This document shows, in pieces, positions 20,016-31,036 of a DNA stretch of 64,000 nucleotides. Source of the DNA: Myxococcota bacterium (lineage in GTDB: Bacteria > Myxococcota_A > UBA9160 > UBA6930); NCBI GenBank assembly GCA_965223705.1, contig OZ245015.1, positions 258,582-322,581 on the forward strand. The letters run 5' to 3'. Made by a program: the position numbers and the translations under genes. A model generated the notes under the pieces. The model saw only the letters and a list, made by a program, of their open reading frames with translations. It was not told the origin of the DNA and ran no database searches. Numbering within the stretch: position 1 is the first letter of the stretch; each line of letters begins with the position of its first letter.

Positions 20016-20999
20016 GTGCTGTCGATCGCGGATCGCGTCACCGACCCCTCGGAGATTCAATCCTTCGTGATCGATCCCGAGTTGGCAGGACGTCGACTCG
20101 ACGTCGCGCTGTCCTCCTGCGCGGGTATCAGCCGGGCGGAAGCCAAGCGGTGGATCGAGGCCGGGCGCGTGGAGCTGAACCGCGTTCCGGTGCGGGCGAG
20201 CGCCCGCGTCGCCGCCGGGGACACCTTGGCCGCGGATCCTCCGGCAAGCGTGCCGCTCCGGCTCGAGCCGGAACCGATTCCGCTCGACGTCGCTTTCGAA
20301 GACGAGCACGTGATCGTGATCGACAAGCCGGCGGGTCTGGTGGTGCACCCCGCCCCGGGGCACGAGCACGGGACGCTGGTCCACGCGCTCCTGCATCACT
20401 GCCGCGACCTGTCGGGAATCGGCGGCGTCCTGCGGCCGGGCATCGTGCACCGACTCGATCGCGGGACGTCCGGTGTCATGGTCGCTGCGAAGAGCGATGC
20501 GGCGCATCGCGGGCTCGCCGCACAGTTCGAGCGGCACGAGATCGAGCGGGTCTATCGCGCCCTGGTGCGCGGTCGCCCGCGCGCGTCCGAGGGGAACGTC
20601 GACGCGGCGATCGGTCGGCATCCTCTGGATCGGAAGCGGATGTCGACCCGTACGCGTCGCGGCCGTCCCGCCCGCACGCGCTGGCGCGTGAGGCGCCGGT
20701 TCCCGAAGAGCGGAGCGCTCCTCCTCGAGGTCTTTCCCGAGACGGGTCGCACGCATCAAATCCGCGTTCACTTGGCCGCAGCCGGCCTGCCCATCGCCGG
20801 CGATCCGATCTATGGGGGCGGCAAACGGCGGGTCGACGCGCCGTGGTCGGCACTCGCCCGGCCTGCCTTGCACGCCGCGGTGCTCGGGTTCGTCCATCCG
20901 ATTTCCGGTCAGTCGCTTCGGTTCGAGGCGTCCCTCCCGGCGGACCTGGTTGCGGCGATCGAGGCGTGTGAAGACCGAGAGGAAGCGCCGGCCCGCTGA
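20016..20999 (+). CDS. rluD: 23S rRNA pseudouridine synthase, RluA family (RluD-like) with S4 domain
   Basis: Catalytic motif GIVHRLDRGTSGVMV, plus HQIRVHLA and an N-terminal S4-like region. Confidence 0.9.
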   Translation: MLSIADRVTDPSEIQSFVIDPELAGRRLDVALSSCAGISRAEAKRWIEAGRVELNRVPVRASARVAAGDTLAADPPASVPLRLEPEPIPLDVAFEDEHVIVIDKPAGLVVHPAPGHEHGTLVHALLHHCRDLSGIGGVLRPGIVHRLDRGTSGVMVAAKSDAAHRGLAAQFERHEIERVYRALVRGRPRASEGNVDAAIGRHPLDRKRMSTRTRRGRPARTRWRVRRRFPKSGALLLEVFPETGRTHQIRVHLAAAGLPIAGDPIYGGGKRRVDAPWSALARPALHAAVLGFVHPISGQSLRFEASLPADLVAAIEACEDREEAPAR

Positions 21000-21649
21000 T
21001 GGTGCTCGCCGTGCCCCACGCCTTCGGCCGCCGCGATCGGCCGGGTCCGACCGGCCCTCCGGTCTGGCGTCCCGAGCAAATCCACGGAACTGACGTCGTC
21101 GTCCTTCTCGAGAGGGGTCGCGTTCCCGACGGCCCCGTGCCTGCGGACGCGGTGGTGAGTCGGCGGCTCGACCGGCCGGTGGGAGTGGTCACCGCGGACT
21201 GCGTCCCCGTGCTGGTCGCGGACTCCGCCGGCGAGACGGTGGCCGCCATCCACGCGGGCTGGCGCGGGCTGGCCGCGGGCGTCATCGAAACGGCGCTCAC
21301 CGCGTTTTGGCGCGTTGCGTCATCCGAGGGCGCTGCGGCGTCGATCGGGCCGCATATCGGCCGCTGCTGCTACGAAGTCGACGCACCGGTCCTCGAAGCC
21401 CTCGAGGCGCGCTTCGAAGACGCCCTGCCCGATGCCTCCGAAATGACGCGCCCTGGGCACGCACGCATCGATCTGGGGCATTTGGCGGCCACAGCGCTGA
21501 CGCGCTCCGGCGTTTCGGCGGAGGACCTCACGAGCGTCCCCGACGGGTGCACCCGCTGCCACGCCGATCGCTATCACTCCTATCGCCGCGACGGGTCGGG
21601 CGCGGGTCGAATGACACACTGGGTAAAACCCCGGCGGGGGGGTGCTTGA
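20999..21649 (+). CDS. pgeF: YfiH/PgeF family (DUF152) laccase-domain protein
   Basis: Motifs QIHGTDVVV, TADCVPVL, HAGWRG and CCYEV. Confidence 0.85.
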   Translation: MVLAVPHAFGRRDRPGPTGPPVWRPEQIHGTDVVVLLERGRVPDGPVPADAVVSRRLDRPVGVVTADCVPVLVADSAGETVAAIHAGWRGLAAGVIETALTAFWRVASSEGAAASIGPHIGRCCYEVDAPVLEALEARFEDALPDASEMTRPGHARIDLGHLAATALTRSGVSAEDLTSVPDGCTRCHADRYHSYRRDGSGAGRMTHWVKPRRGGA

Positions 21650-21673
21650 CACCCGGCAGGCCTCGCCATAGAT
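21645..21673 (+). promoter_or_regulatory. Candidate sigma70-type promoter for rho
   Basis: TTGACA (21645-21650), a 17-nt spacer, then TAGATT (21668-21673). It sits ~300 nt upstream of the rho start and overlaps the pgeF stop. Confidence 0.45.
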
Positions 21674-21974
21674 TCGCAAGCGATCCACGCCGCTCGTCCG
21701 GACATCGCCGGCACTACGCGAAACGAGGCGGTCAGCGCACAGCTCTCTGACACCACTCCGAATGGCTTTGATGACCGCACGCACGCGAGCCGCTCGCCCC
21801 GCAGGCCCTAGCTCAACTTGAGACAAGAGACGGACGAACGAGATAAGAGAGAATCACCATTTCCCGGCACCCGATGGTCCCCCGAAAGCCGGATCTTCAA
21901 AACCTCCCCTTTGACACATTTCGCATCCACTCCTGCTCGGCCCAGACCGACGCACCCAAACAGGGAGCCTTCCC

Positions 21975-23408
21975 TTGACCAGTACACGCGCTAGCGAATC
22001 AGGTAACCGCAGCGGCAACCGCCGCGGCCGCAGCCGCCGTAGCCGCAACGGCAACACCGGCGGACGCAAACGCGACAACCGGGATCACCCGCAGAACGAC
22101 ACCCCGTTTACCGAGGACGAGATCTACGTCGAGAGCGAGGACGAAGATCCGAGCGAACGACTCTACGTCAAAGACTTGAAGTCGAAGAGCGTCCACGAGC
22201 TGACGGAGATGGCCGAGGGCCTCGGGATCGAGGAAGCGGCCGGCCGCCTGAAGCAGGATCTGATCTTCGCGATCTTGAAGACCGAGACCGAAGCGCACGG
22301 GAAGGTCTTCGCCGAAGGCGTCCTCGAGCGACTTCCGGACGGTTTCGGTTTTCTCCGGGCGCCCGACCAGAATTACCTGAACGGCCCGGACGACGTGTAC
22401 GTCTCGCCGTCGCAAATTCGCCGCTTCAACCTGCGAACCGGCGACACGGTATGCGGGCAGATTCGGCCCCCGAAGGAGGGTGAGCGCTACTTCGCGCTCC
22501 TGAAGGTCGAGTCGATCAACTTCGAAGAGCCGGCCAAGGCGCGTCACAAGATCCTGTTCGACAACCTGACGCCGCTCTACCCGCAGGAGAAGTTCAACCT
22601 CGAGGCGAAGGCCGGCGGGCTGACGACGCGGATCATCGATCTGATCAGCCCGATCGGAAAAGGGCAACGCGCGCTGATCACGTCGCCGCCGAAAGCCGGC
22701 AAGACGATGATCTTGAAAGATATCGCGAACGCGATCATCGAGAATCATCCCGAGGTCTACCTGATCGTGCTGCTCATCGACGAGCGGCCCGAGGAAGTGA
22801 CGGACATGCAGCGAAACGTCGCTGCCGAAGTCGTCTCTTCGACCTTTGACGAACAACCGACCCGGCACGTCCAGGTCGCCGACATGGTCATCGAGAAGGC
22901 GAAGCGCTTGGTCGAACACAAGCGCGACGTGGTGATTCTGCTCGATTCGATCACCCGGCTGGCCCGCGCCCACAACACCGTCGTTCCGCATTCCGGCAAG
23001 ATCCTCTCGGGCGGCGTCGATTCGAACGCCCTCCACAAGCCGAAGCGCTTCTTCGGAGCGGCGCGGAATGTCGAGGAAGGCGGCAGCCTCACCATCATCG
23101 GCACGGCGCTCATCGACACCGGCTCGCGCATGGACGAGGTGATCTTCGAGGAGTTCAAGGGCACGGGTAACGCCGAGCTCGTGCTCGACCGAAAGCTCGC
23201 GGATCGCCGCACCTACCCCGCCATCGACATCAATCGATCCGCAACGCGGCGAGAAGAGCTCTTGATGAGCGACGCGCAGCTCAACCGGATGTACGTGCTG
23301 CGCAAAGTGCTCTCACCGCTCAACCCCGTCGACTCGATGGAGTTCCTCCTCGAGAAGGTGAAGGCCACGGAGACCAACGAGGAATTCCTCGCCTCGATGA
23401 ACTCCTAG
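21975..23408 (+). CDS. rho: Transcription termination factor Rho with ~63-aa Arg/Asn/Gly-rich then acidic N-terminal extension
   Basis: Canonical core (GFGFLR, Walker [32 protein letters not shown]). The extension is [27 protein letters not shown] followed by [15 protein letters not shown]. Confidence 0.95.
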   Translation: MTSTRASESGNRSGNRRGRSRRSRNGNTGGRKRDNRDHPQNDTPFTEDEIYVESEDEDPSERLYVKDLKSKSVHELTEMAEGLGIEEAAGRLKQDLIFAILKTETEAHGKVFAEGVLERLPDGFGFLRAPDQNYLNGPDDVYVSPSQIRRFNLRTGDTVCGQIRPPKEGERYFALLKVESINFEEPAKARHKILFDNLTPLYPQEKFNLEAKAGGLTTRIIDLISPIGKGQRALITSPPKAGKTMILKDIANAIIENHPEVYLIVLLIDERPEEVTDMQRNVAAEVVSSTFDEQPTRHVQVADMVIEKAKRLVEHKRDVVILLDSITRLARAHNTVVPHSGKILSGGVDSNALHKPKRFFGAARNVEEGGSLTIIGTALIDTGSRMDEVIFEEFKGTGNAELVLDRKLADRRTYPAIDINRSATRREELLMSDAQLNRMYVLRKVLSPLNPVDSMEFLLEKVKATETNEEFLASMNS

Positions 23409-23514
23409 CGCGCCAGAACCTCTCCCGTCCTTGCGGGGACAGCGGGGATCGGGGATCGTGAAGCGGTCGTAACCCCGCGTCCCCGCGACGCAATCGGCGT
23501 ATCACGGCGGCACC

Positions 23515-24587
<1,073 letters not shown>

Positions 24588-24591
<4 letters not shown>

Positions 24592-25481
24592 CCGAAGAGC
24601 GCTGGACCGTGGGATCGCTGCTGCGCTGGACGACGGAGCACTTCGCAAGCGTCGGAATCGAAAGCGCGCGACTCGACGCGGAGTGCCTGCTGGCCGAGGC
24701 GCTCGGCTGTGAGCGCTTGGCGCTCTACCTGGAATTCGACAAGCCGGCCCAGGCCGCCGAGCGCGCGCGTTTTCGCGAGCTCGTGAAGCGCCGCGCCACG
24801 GAGCGGATCCCGGTCGCACACCTCCTCGGGCGCAAGGAATTCTGGTCGCTCGAGTTCGAGATCACGAAGGATGTCCTCGTGCCGCGTCCCGACACGGAGA
24901 CCCTGATTCAAGCCGTCCTCGATCTCATTCCCAATCGCGAGACCGAGTGGAAAGTGCTCGAGGTGGGGACCGGAAGCGGTGCCGTCGTCGCGGCACTCGC
25001 GACGGAGCGACCGAAGGCACGCTGCGTCGCGACCGATATTTCTCCCGCGGCCCTGGCGGTTGCCGCCCGCAACGCGGAACGTCACGGTCTGTCCGACCGC
25101 ATCCATTTCGTCCACGGAGACGGGTTCGAGCCCGTTCTCGGCGAGCGATTCGATGTGGTGGTGTCGAACCCCCCGTATCTCGCGGCGGGTGACGCGGCCC
25201 ATTTGGCTCCCGAGCTCGCCCACGAGCCTCGGGAAGCGCTCTTCGCCGGGGCGACCGGAACCGAGATGTTGGCGACCCTCGTGCACGGGGTCGGTTCTGT
25301 GCTCGAACCCGGCGGCGCCGTCGTGCTGGAGATGGCACCGGAACAAGCTCCCGAAGTGGCGGCTTGGCTCGAGGCCTGCGGGTTCACGGACGTTGCGATC
25401 CATCGAGATTTGGCGGGCCAGCACCGCGCGGTCTCGGCGAGGGCGAGTGGGGGAGGACGCGATGGCGAGTCGCACGAGTAA
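24588..25481 (+). CDS. prmC: Release-factor glutamine N5-methyltransferase PrmC/HemK
   Basis: ATG overlaps the prfA stop (ATGA). SAM motif [11 protein letters not shown] and substrate motif VVSNPPYL. Confidence 0.9.
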
Positions 25482-26829
25482 GGCGGTCTTGCCGGTCATC
25501 GAGGCCGGTAAGTCCGGTTCGGAAGAAGCGCTCGACGAACTGTGCGCGCGCGCGAGCGAGCGCGACAGCAGCGTCGACAAGACCGTCCAGAAGATCGTCA
25601 CTCGCGTTCGCGAGGAGGGTGATGACGCCGTCCGTCACTTCACGTCAACCCTCGATGGGGCGGATGTCGATGCCCTGGAGGTCACCCGAGACGAATGGGA
25701 CGCCGCGTGCGAAAGCGTCGACCCGGCCGACCGGGCGGCACTGGGCAAAGCCTGCATGCGCGTTCGCGAGTTCCACAAACGGCGTGTTCAGAGCAGTTGG
25801 GAAATGCGCGAAGAAGGCGGCGCGTTGATGGGCCAGCGCGTGCGCCCACTCAAGCGCGTGGGCCTCTACGTACCGGGTGGCAAAGCGGCGTATCCGTCGA
25901 GTGTCATCATGAACGCGACGCCGGCGTCTGTCGTCGAAGTCCCAGAGATTGCGGTGACGACACCGCCACAACCCGACGGCACGGTTCGAGCCGATGTGCT
26001 CATGGCCGCGCGTATCGCCGGCGTTCACCGAGTGTTCAAGGCCGGCGGGGCGCAGGGTGTCGCGGCCCTGGCCTACGGCACGGAGACGATTCCGCAGGTC
26101 GACAAGATCGTCGGCCCGGGCAACGTGTACGTTCAAGCCGCGAAGCGGATGGTATTCGGACATGTCGATATCGACAGCGAGGCCGGCCCCACCGAAGTTC
26201 TCGTCGTCGCCGACCGAAGCGCGACACCGGCGTGGGTCGCGTCGGATTTGCTGTCCCAGGCCGAACACGATGAGCTCGCGTGCGTGGTACTCGTGACCCA
26301 CGCGAAAGGCCTCGTCACGAAGGTTCAGGAACAGCTGGCAAAACAGCTGAAGACGCTCGCACGAAAAGACATCGCGAAGAAATCCCTTGCAGGTCGCAGC
26401 GCGGTCGTCCTGACCAAGGATCTCAATCAATCGATCGAGGTGGCGAACCGCTACGCCGCCGAACACCTGGTGCTAGCGGTCGAGAGCCCCGACACGGTTC
26501 TCAAGCAAGTGGAGAGCGCGGGCGCGGTGTTCTTGGGGCACTACACGCCGGTCGCGGTCGGCGATTACTTGGCCGGGCCGAATCACGTCTTGCCCACCGG
26601 CGGCACGGCGCGGTTCTTCTCGCCGCTCGGCGTCGACGACTTCCTGACGCGCATGAGCTTTGTCCGGTTCGAGCCGCCCAAGCTTCGCGAACTGGGTGCG
26701 GACGTGATCCGGCTCGCAGAGCTCGAGGGACTGCCGGGCCACGGCGCATCCGTGGAGTTGCGACTTCAGAAAATCCGCCGCGCGCGCCGCGAGCGCGAAG
26801 CGGCACGGGACGCCGAGGCCGATTTATGA
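25462..26829 (+). CDS. hisD: Histidinol dehydrogenase
   Basis: Full-length HisD pattern (GLYVPGGKAAYPSSVIMN, SQAEHDE, GDYLAGPNHVLPT). ATG 25462 overlaps the prmC 3' end by 20 nt. Confidence 0.93.
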   Translation: MASRTSKAVLPVIEAGKSGSEEALDELCARASERDSSVDKTVQKIVTRVREEGDDAVRHFTSTLDGADVDALEVTRDEWDAACESVDPADRAALGKACMRVREFHKRRVQSSWEMREEGGALMGQRVRPLKRVGLYVPGGKAAYPSSVIMNATPASVVEVPEIAVTTPPQPDGTVRADVLMAARIAGVHRVFKAGGAQGVAALAYGTETIPQVDKIVGPGNVYVQAAKRMVFGHVDIDSEAGPTEVLVVADRSATPAWVASDLLSQAEHDELACVVLVTHAKGLVTKVQEQLAKQLKTLARKDIAKKSLAGRSAVVLTKDLNQSIEVANRYAAEHLVLAVESPDTVLKQVESAGAVFLGHYTPVAVGDYLAGPNHVLPTGGTARFFSPLGVDDFLTRMSFVRFEPPKLRELGADVIRLAELEGLPGHGASVELRLQKIRRARREREAARDAEADL

Positions 26830-27416
26830 GCGAGCGAACAGCGACGATCGAACGCAAGACGCGCGAGACCGATATCCAGCTCTCCTTCGAGATCGATGGA
26901 ACCGGTCAGTACGAGATCGAAACGGGCGTACCGTTCTTCGACCACATGCTCGAATCGTTTGCGAAGCACGGGCTCTTCGATCTGCGGGTGCGCGCGCGGG
27001 GCGATCTCGAAGTCGACCTGCACCACACCGTCGAAGACGTGGGCATCGTACTCGGGCAGGCGATTCGCGAGGCGCTCGGAAACGCCGAAGGGATCAAACG
27101 CTACGGGTTCTTCGTGTTGCCGATGGGTGAGTCGCGCGCGGATATCGCCGTCGACGTGTCGAACCGCCCGTTTCTGGTCTACCGCGTGGAGCTCGACAAC
27201 ACGCGCGTCGGGACGTTCGACACGAGTCTCGTCGAAGATTTCGTCCAGGCCCTCGCCCAGCACGCAGGACTCGACCTCCACGTACAGCTCGTCTACGGGA
27301 AGAGTCCCCACCACGCCGTCGAGGCGATCTTCAAGGGGCTCGCCCGCGCGCTCCGCGAAGCCCTTTCGTTCGACCCGCGAGGCGGTGGCTTGCCCAGTGT
27401 GAAGGGCGCGCTCTAG
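26826..27416 (+). CDS. hisB: Imidazoleglycerol-phosphate dehydratase
   Basis: RKTRETDI, FFDHML and DLHHTVEDVGI. ATGA overlap with hisD. Confidence 0.95.
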   Translation: MSERTATIERKTRETDIQLSFEIDGTGQYEIETGVPFFDHMLESFAKHGLFDLRVRARGDLEVDLHHTVEDVGIVLGQAIREALGNAEGIKRYGFFVLPMGESRADIAVDVSNRPFLVYRVELDNTRVGTFDTSLVEDFVQALAQHAGLDLHVQLVYGKSPHHAVEAIFKGLARALREALSFDPRGGGLPSVKGAL

Positions 27417-27425
27417 CGCGATGCA

Positions 27426-28067
27426 ATGACGACCCCCCGCACCGCACTGATCGACTACGGCGCCGGCAATTTGCGCAGCGTCGCGAAAGCGCTGACGCGC
27501 TCCGGGCTCGACGTCGCCGTGTCATCCGATCGCGGTGCCATCCGCGACGCGGACGCCGTGGTCTTGCCCGGCGCGGGTGCTTTTGCCGACGCGATGCAGG
27601 ACCTCCGCGCCAAGGGCCTGGCAGACACGGTCCGCGATAAAATCGCCGCCGGCGGGCCTTACCTCGGTCTCTGCTTGGGTCTTCAGCTCCTCTTCGAAGA
27701 AAGTGACGAACACGGCCGAACCGAAGGCTTCTGTGTCCTGGCCGGTCGCGTCGAGCGGTTCTCCGAGGAGACTCCCTCGGGAGAGAGACGCCGCGTCCCG
27801 CACATCGGTTGGAACACGGTCCGTTTTCAGGGAACTCACCCGATGCTCGATCACTTGCCGGGCGAGGACCAGTATTATTTCGTGCACGCCTACCACGCGT
27901 CTCCTCGGGACTCCGAGGTTGTCGTCGGGCACGCCGACTACCACGGCGAGTTCGCGGCGGCGGTGGCATCTAGGGGATTGTTCGCGGTGCAGTTTCACCC
28001 TGAGAAAAGTCAGGCGGCGGGGAAGCGACTCCTCGACGCATTTGCCGGTTGGGTGCGCGCGTCGTGA
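27426..28067 (+). CDS. hisH: Imidazole glycerol phosphate synthase, glutamine amidotransferase subunit
   Basis: IDYGAGNLRSV, GLCLGLQLL (catalytic Cys) and VQFHPEKS. Confidence 0.95.
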   Translation: MTTPRTALIDYGAGNLRSVAKALTRSGLDVAVSSDRGAIRDADAVVLPGAGAFADAMQDLRAKGLADTVRDKIAAGGPYLGLCLGLQLLFEESDEHGRTEGFCVLAGRVERFSEETPSGERRRVPHIGWNTVRFQGTHPMLDHLPGEDQYYFVHAYHASPRDSEVVVGHADYHGEFAAAVASRGLFAVQFHPEKSQAAGKRLLDAFAGWVRAS

Positions 28068-28143
28068 CGCAGCGATTCGCTCCTGCGCGCGTCGTGACAC
28101 AGCGATTCGCTCCTGCGCGCGTCGTGACACAGCGATTCGCTCT
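28054..28143. repeat. 30-bp perfect/near-perfect direct repeat x3 spanning the hisH stop and the lipoprotein start
   Basis: The unit tgcgcgcgtcgtgacRcagcgattcgctcc occurs at 28054, 28084 and 28114. The only difference seen is G/A at the R position. Each copy carries a GTG in the same frame. Confidence 0.95.
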
Positions 28144-28762
28144 CGGCTTGGCGCTCGTCGTCGCGCTGCTCGTCCCGGGTTGCCGTTCGCTCGTGCAGAG
28201 CGAGAGCCATCCCGCGCTGCGCCAACGGCGCGAGCCGATCGCGAGCCTCGCCGTAGCGCCCATTGTCTTTCCCGAAGCGCGCCGCGACGAAGAGGCCCTT
28301 CGAGCGAACGCGGGGCTCGTCGCGCGTCATCTGGCCGAAGCGTTCGCCGCCCGCGGCATTCGCGTGGTGCCCGTCGGAGATCTGTCGCGCGCCATGTCGC
28401 GCGAGGCGCCCGAAGCACCGCGATCGCCTCGCCGGTGGGCCGAACTCGCCGGGAGGGAGTTCGGTGTCGACGCCGTGTTGGTCGCCACCCTGCGCCGCTT
28501 CGTCGAGCGCGATGGAGAAGCGGCGGGGACGTTGCGGCCGGCGAGTGTCGCGTTCGACGTCTCCCTCCACGCGGCGGGAGGTGGCGCGCTCTTGTGGTCG
28601 AGCGTATTCGACGAAACTCAGCGCTCGCTCAGCGAGAACGTCCTCGTCGCCGGTCAGTACCCCGGTGGCGGGACGCGCTGGCTGACGGCATCGGAGCTCG
28701 CTCGGTTCGGCGCGCAGCAAACCGCGGAGCAAGCGCCGGTCGGAGCTGGCGGCACGCGTTGA
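28124..28762 (+). CDS. Putative lipoprotein inserted between hisH and hisA (start ambiguous: GTG at 28064, 28094 or 28124)
   Basis: From GTG 28124 the N-terminus reads (M)[19 protein letters not shown], a canonical lipobox signal. The stop overlaps the hisA TTG start (TTGA). The body has a pattern resembling small periplasmic lipoproteins; this family recall is weak. Confidence 0.65.
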   Translation: MTQRFALGLALVVALLVPGCRSLVQSESHPALRQRREPIASLAVAPIVFPEARRDEEALRANAGLVARHLAEAFAARGIRVVPVGDLSRAMSREAPEAPRSPRRWAELAGREFGVDAVLVATLRRFVERDGEAAGTLRPASVAFDVSLHAAGGGALLWSSVFDETQRSLSENVLVAGQYPGGGTRWLTASELARFGAQQTAEQAPVGAGGTR

Positions 28763-29502
28763 GCACGTTCGAGGTTATTCCCGCCATCGACCTACTGAAT
28801 GGGCAAGCGGTGCGCCTCACCCAGGGTCGTTACGACGACGCCACGGTGTACGGGACCGATCCCGGCGAGGTCGCGGCGGGCTTTACCCGAGAAAGCCTCC
28901 GGCGCCTTCACGTCGTCGATCTCGACGGTGCGAAAGCCGGAGCGCCGGCCAACGATGCCGCGATTGCGGCGATTCTCGAGGCGAGCGGCGAAGTACCGGT
29001 ACAAGTCGGAGGCGGTTTGCGCGAACTCGCTCACGTCGAGCACCGGCTGGCCCAGGGCGTCGACCGCGTCATTCTCGGTACGGTCGCACTGCGCGACCCC
29101 GATCTGGTACGCGGCGCCGCTCGCGCGTTTCCCGGTCGTGTCGCCGTCGGCATCGATGCGCGCGACGGGCGCGTCGCGGTAGAGGGTTGGCTCGCGACGT
29201 CGGACGCGACCGCGCTCGAAGTGGCATTGCGCTTCGAAGACGCCGGGGTGGCGGCGATCATCTACACCGACATCGCCCGGGACGGGATGCAGACGGGCCC
29301 CAATCTCGAACAAACGGAGGCCCTGGCAGAACGCGTCGAGATCCCGGTGATCGCATCCGGGGGCGTGGGCACGCTGGCCGATATCGAGAGCGCGGTGGCC
29401 GCCGGCCGGCGCGGCTTGGCGGGGGTGATCGTCGGTCGGGCGCTGTACACCGGCGCCGTCGATCTGCGCGAGGCGTTGGCCCTCGCCGAAGGAGGCGAAT
29501 AG
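28759..29502 (+). CDS. hisA: ProFAR isomerase (HisA)
   Basis: [23 protein letters not shown] and ASGGVG. Confidence 0.93.
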   Translation: MSTFEVIPAIDLLNGQAVRLTQGRYDDATVYGTDPGEVAAGFTRESLRRLHVVDLDGAKAGAPANDAAIAAILEASGEVPVQVGGGLRELAHVEHRLAQGVDRVILGTVALRDPDLVRGAARAFPGRVAVGIDARDGRVAVEGWLATSDATALEVALRFEDAGVAAIIYTDIARDGMQTGPNLEQTEALAERVEIPVIASGGVGTLADIESAVAAGRRGLAGVIVGRALYTGAVDLREALALAEGGE

Positions 29503-29504
29503 CC

Positions 29505-30344
29505 GTGCTCCTGAAACGGATCATTCCGTGCCTCGACGTCGATCAGGGTCGGGTCGTGAAAGGTGTTCAGTATGTGGACCACGTCGACGCCGGAGACCCC
29601 GTCGAAGTCGCTCAGTACTACGACGAGCAAGAAGCCGACGAGATTACCTTCCTCGATATCACCGCCAGCCACGAAGAGCGGCGGATTCTCTTCGACGTCG
29701 TGTCGCGCACCGCGGAAAGCGTGTTTATGCCGCTTACCGTCGGAGGCGGGGTACGCGGGCTTCAGGACATCCGCGATCTGTTGAACGCCGGCGCCGACAA
29801 GGTTTCGATCATGACGGCGGCGCTCAATAACCCCGACCTCATCGATGAAGCGGCGGGCAAGATCGGCAGCGCGAATCTCGTGATCGCCATCGACGCCAAG
29901 CGGATCGACGATGCGCCCGCGTTTCGCGCCCGCGAGGCAGAGCGCGGAGCCGGCTTCGCCGGCGACGGAACCCCGGCACAGTGGGAGGTCTACACCCATG
30001 GAGGCCGGAGGCCCACGGGCGTCGACGCGGTTGCCTACGCCGCAGAAGCCGCCCGTCGCGGTGCGGGTGAGATCCTCTTGACGAGCATGGACCGGGACGG
30101 CACCAAGAGCGGCTACGACCTTCCCCTGGTCCGCGGTGTGGCGGATCGCGTCGGCATTCCGGTCATCGCCTCGGGCGGCGGCGGTACACCGGAGAGCCTG
30201 GCAGCGGCGCTCGATGATTCCCCGGAGGGAGGTCACGCGCAAGCGGCGCTCGCGGCCTCGATCTTCCATTTTCGGGAGATCACGATCCCCGAGCTCAAAC
30301 GCGAGCTCTTGGCGATGGGTATTTCCGTCCGATCGCCCGATTGA
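29505..30344 (+). CDS. hisF: Imidazole glycerol phosphate synthase cyclase subunit (HisF), with a ~25-aa internal insertion
   Basis: [21 protein letters not shown] and ASGGGG. There is an extra segment, [28 protein letters not shown], before THGG. Confidence 0.95.
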   Translation: MLLKRIIPCLDVDQGRVVKGVQYVDHVDAGDPVEVAQYYDEQEADEITFLDITASHEERRILFDVVSRTAESVFMPLTVGGGVRGLQDIRDLLNAGADKVSIMTAALNNPDLIDEAAGKIGSANLVIAIDAKRIDDAPAFRAREAERGAGFAGDGTPAQWEVYTHGGRRPTGVDAVAYAAEAARRGAGEILLTSMDRDGTKSGYDLPLVRGVADRVGIPVIASGGGGTPESLAAALDDSPEGGHAQAALAASIFHFREITIPELKRELLAMGISVRSPD

Positions 30345-30371
30345 GCGGGCCCTTCGCCGCGCCTCGTTGCC

Positions 30372-30400
30372 CGCCTCATCCCTCCTCGGGGCGATTTTTT
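30372..30400 (+). terminator. Candidate intrinsic terminator after hisF
   Basis: cgcctc ... ggggcg stem (6 bp including one G-U) with a 10-nt loop, followed by A-TTTTTT (30394-30400). Confidence 0.4.
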
Positions 30401-30811
30401 CCGGTCGCGGTTGCGCAATTTTCGCGAGTGGGCTGATTCCCGCGAATGGCAGCGAAATTGCAGGGCTTTTTCGATTTCGAGAGCCGGAAGAATCGACGCA
30501 CCGGCGTTGACTAAGAGCCCTTTGGCGGCGAGCCTTTCACATCGCGGCCAAGGCTGACCCCGCGTCACAAAAGTGCGTCGGACGTCGAGCCCGCGAAGAA
30601 TGGCAGCCAGTCCCGTCGCGACGTCGCCGGGTGGCAGGCAGGCAAGGTCGGCAGCGAAGCGGAAGCGAGCAGGAAACTTATGCGTCACATGCATGTCCTA
30701 GAAACCACCTACTCGCTGAACATTCGCCACGGATTCTCGCCCATGGCGTCATCAACCCTCCACAAGCGAACCCGGTTCTAGGAACCCGAGAGCCCGGAGA
30801 CCCCATCACTC

Positions 30812-31009
30812 ATGCCCGTGATCAAAGTCAAAGACAACGAACCGTTCGAGATCGCGCTCAAGCGTTTCAAAAAACAGGTGGAGAAAGCCGGGATCCTGAC
30901 CGAGCTCCGCCGGCGCGAGTTCTACGACAAGCCGAGCGTGCGGCGGAAGAAGAAGGCCGCTGCGGCACGCAAGCGGGCGATCAAGAAGCTCAAGCGAATG
31001 TCCCGGTAG
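30812..31009 (+). CDS. rpsU: 30S ribosomal protein S21
   Basis: [21 protein letters not shown] ... is a canonical S21 sequence. Confidence 0.97.
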   Translation: MPVIKVKDNEPFEIALKRFKKQVEKAGILTELRRREFYDKPSVRRKKKAAAARKRAIKKLKRMSR

Positions 31010-31036
31010 CCAGGCTCCACTGGAGGCTAAGGCGTC

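Noticed and set aside
19224-20897. 557-aa minus-strand ORF antisense to the J/HTH and rluD genes
   Set aside because: It has Arg/Pro/Gly-rich composition and no motifs. The opposite strand carries RluA-family catalytic motifs. I treat it as a shadow ORF.
28054-28143. Tandem repeats at 28054 and 13998 as possible CRISPR or minisatellite arrays
   Set aside because: The repeats are head-to-tail with no spacers, have only ~3 copies, and lie in frame within coding sequence. They are not CRISPR. I report them as coding tandem duplications.
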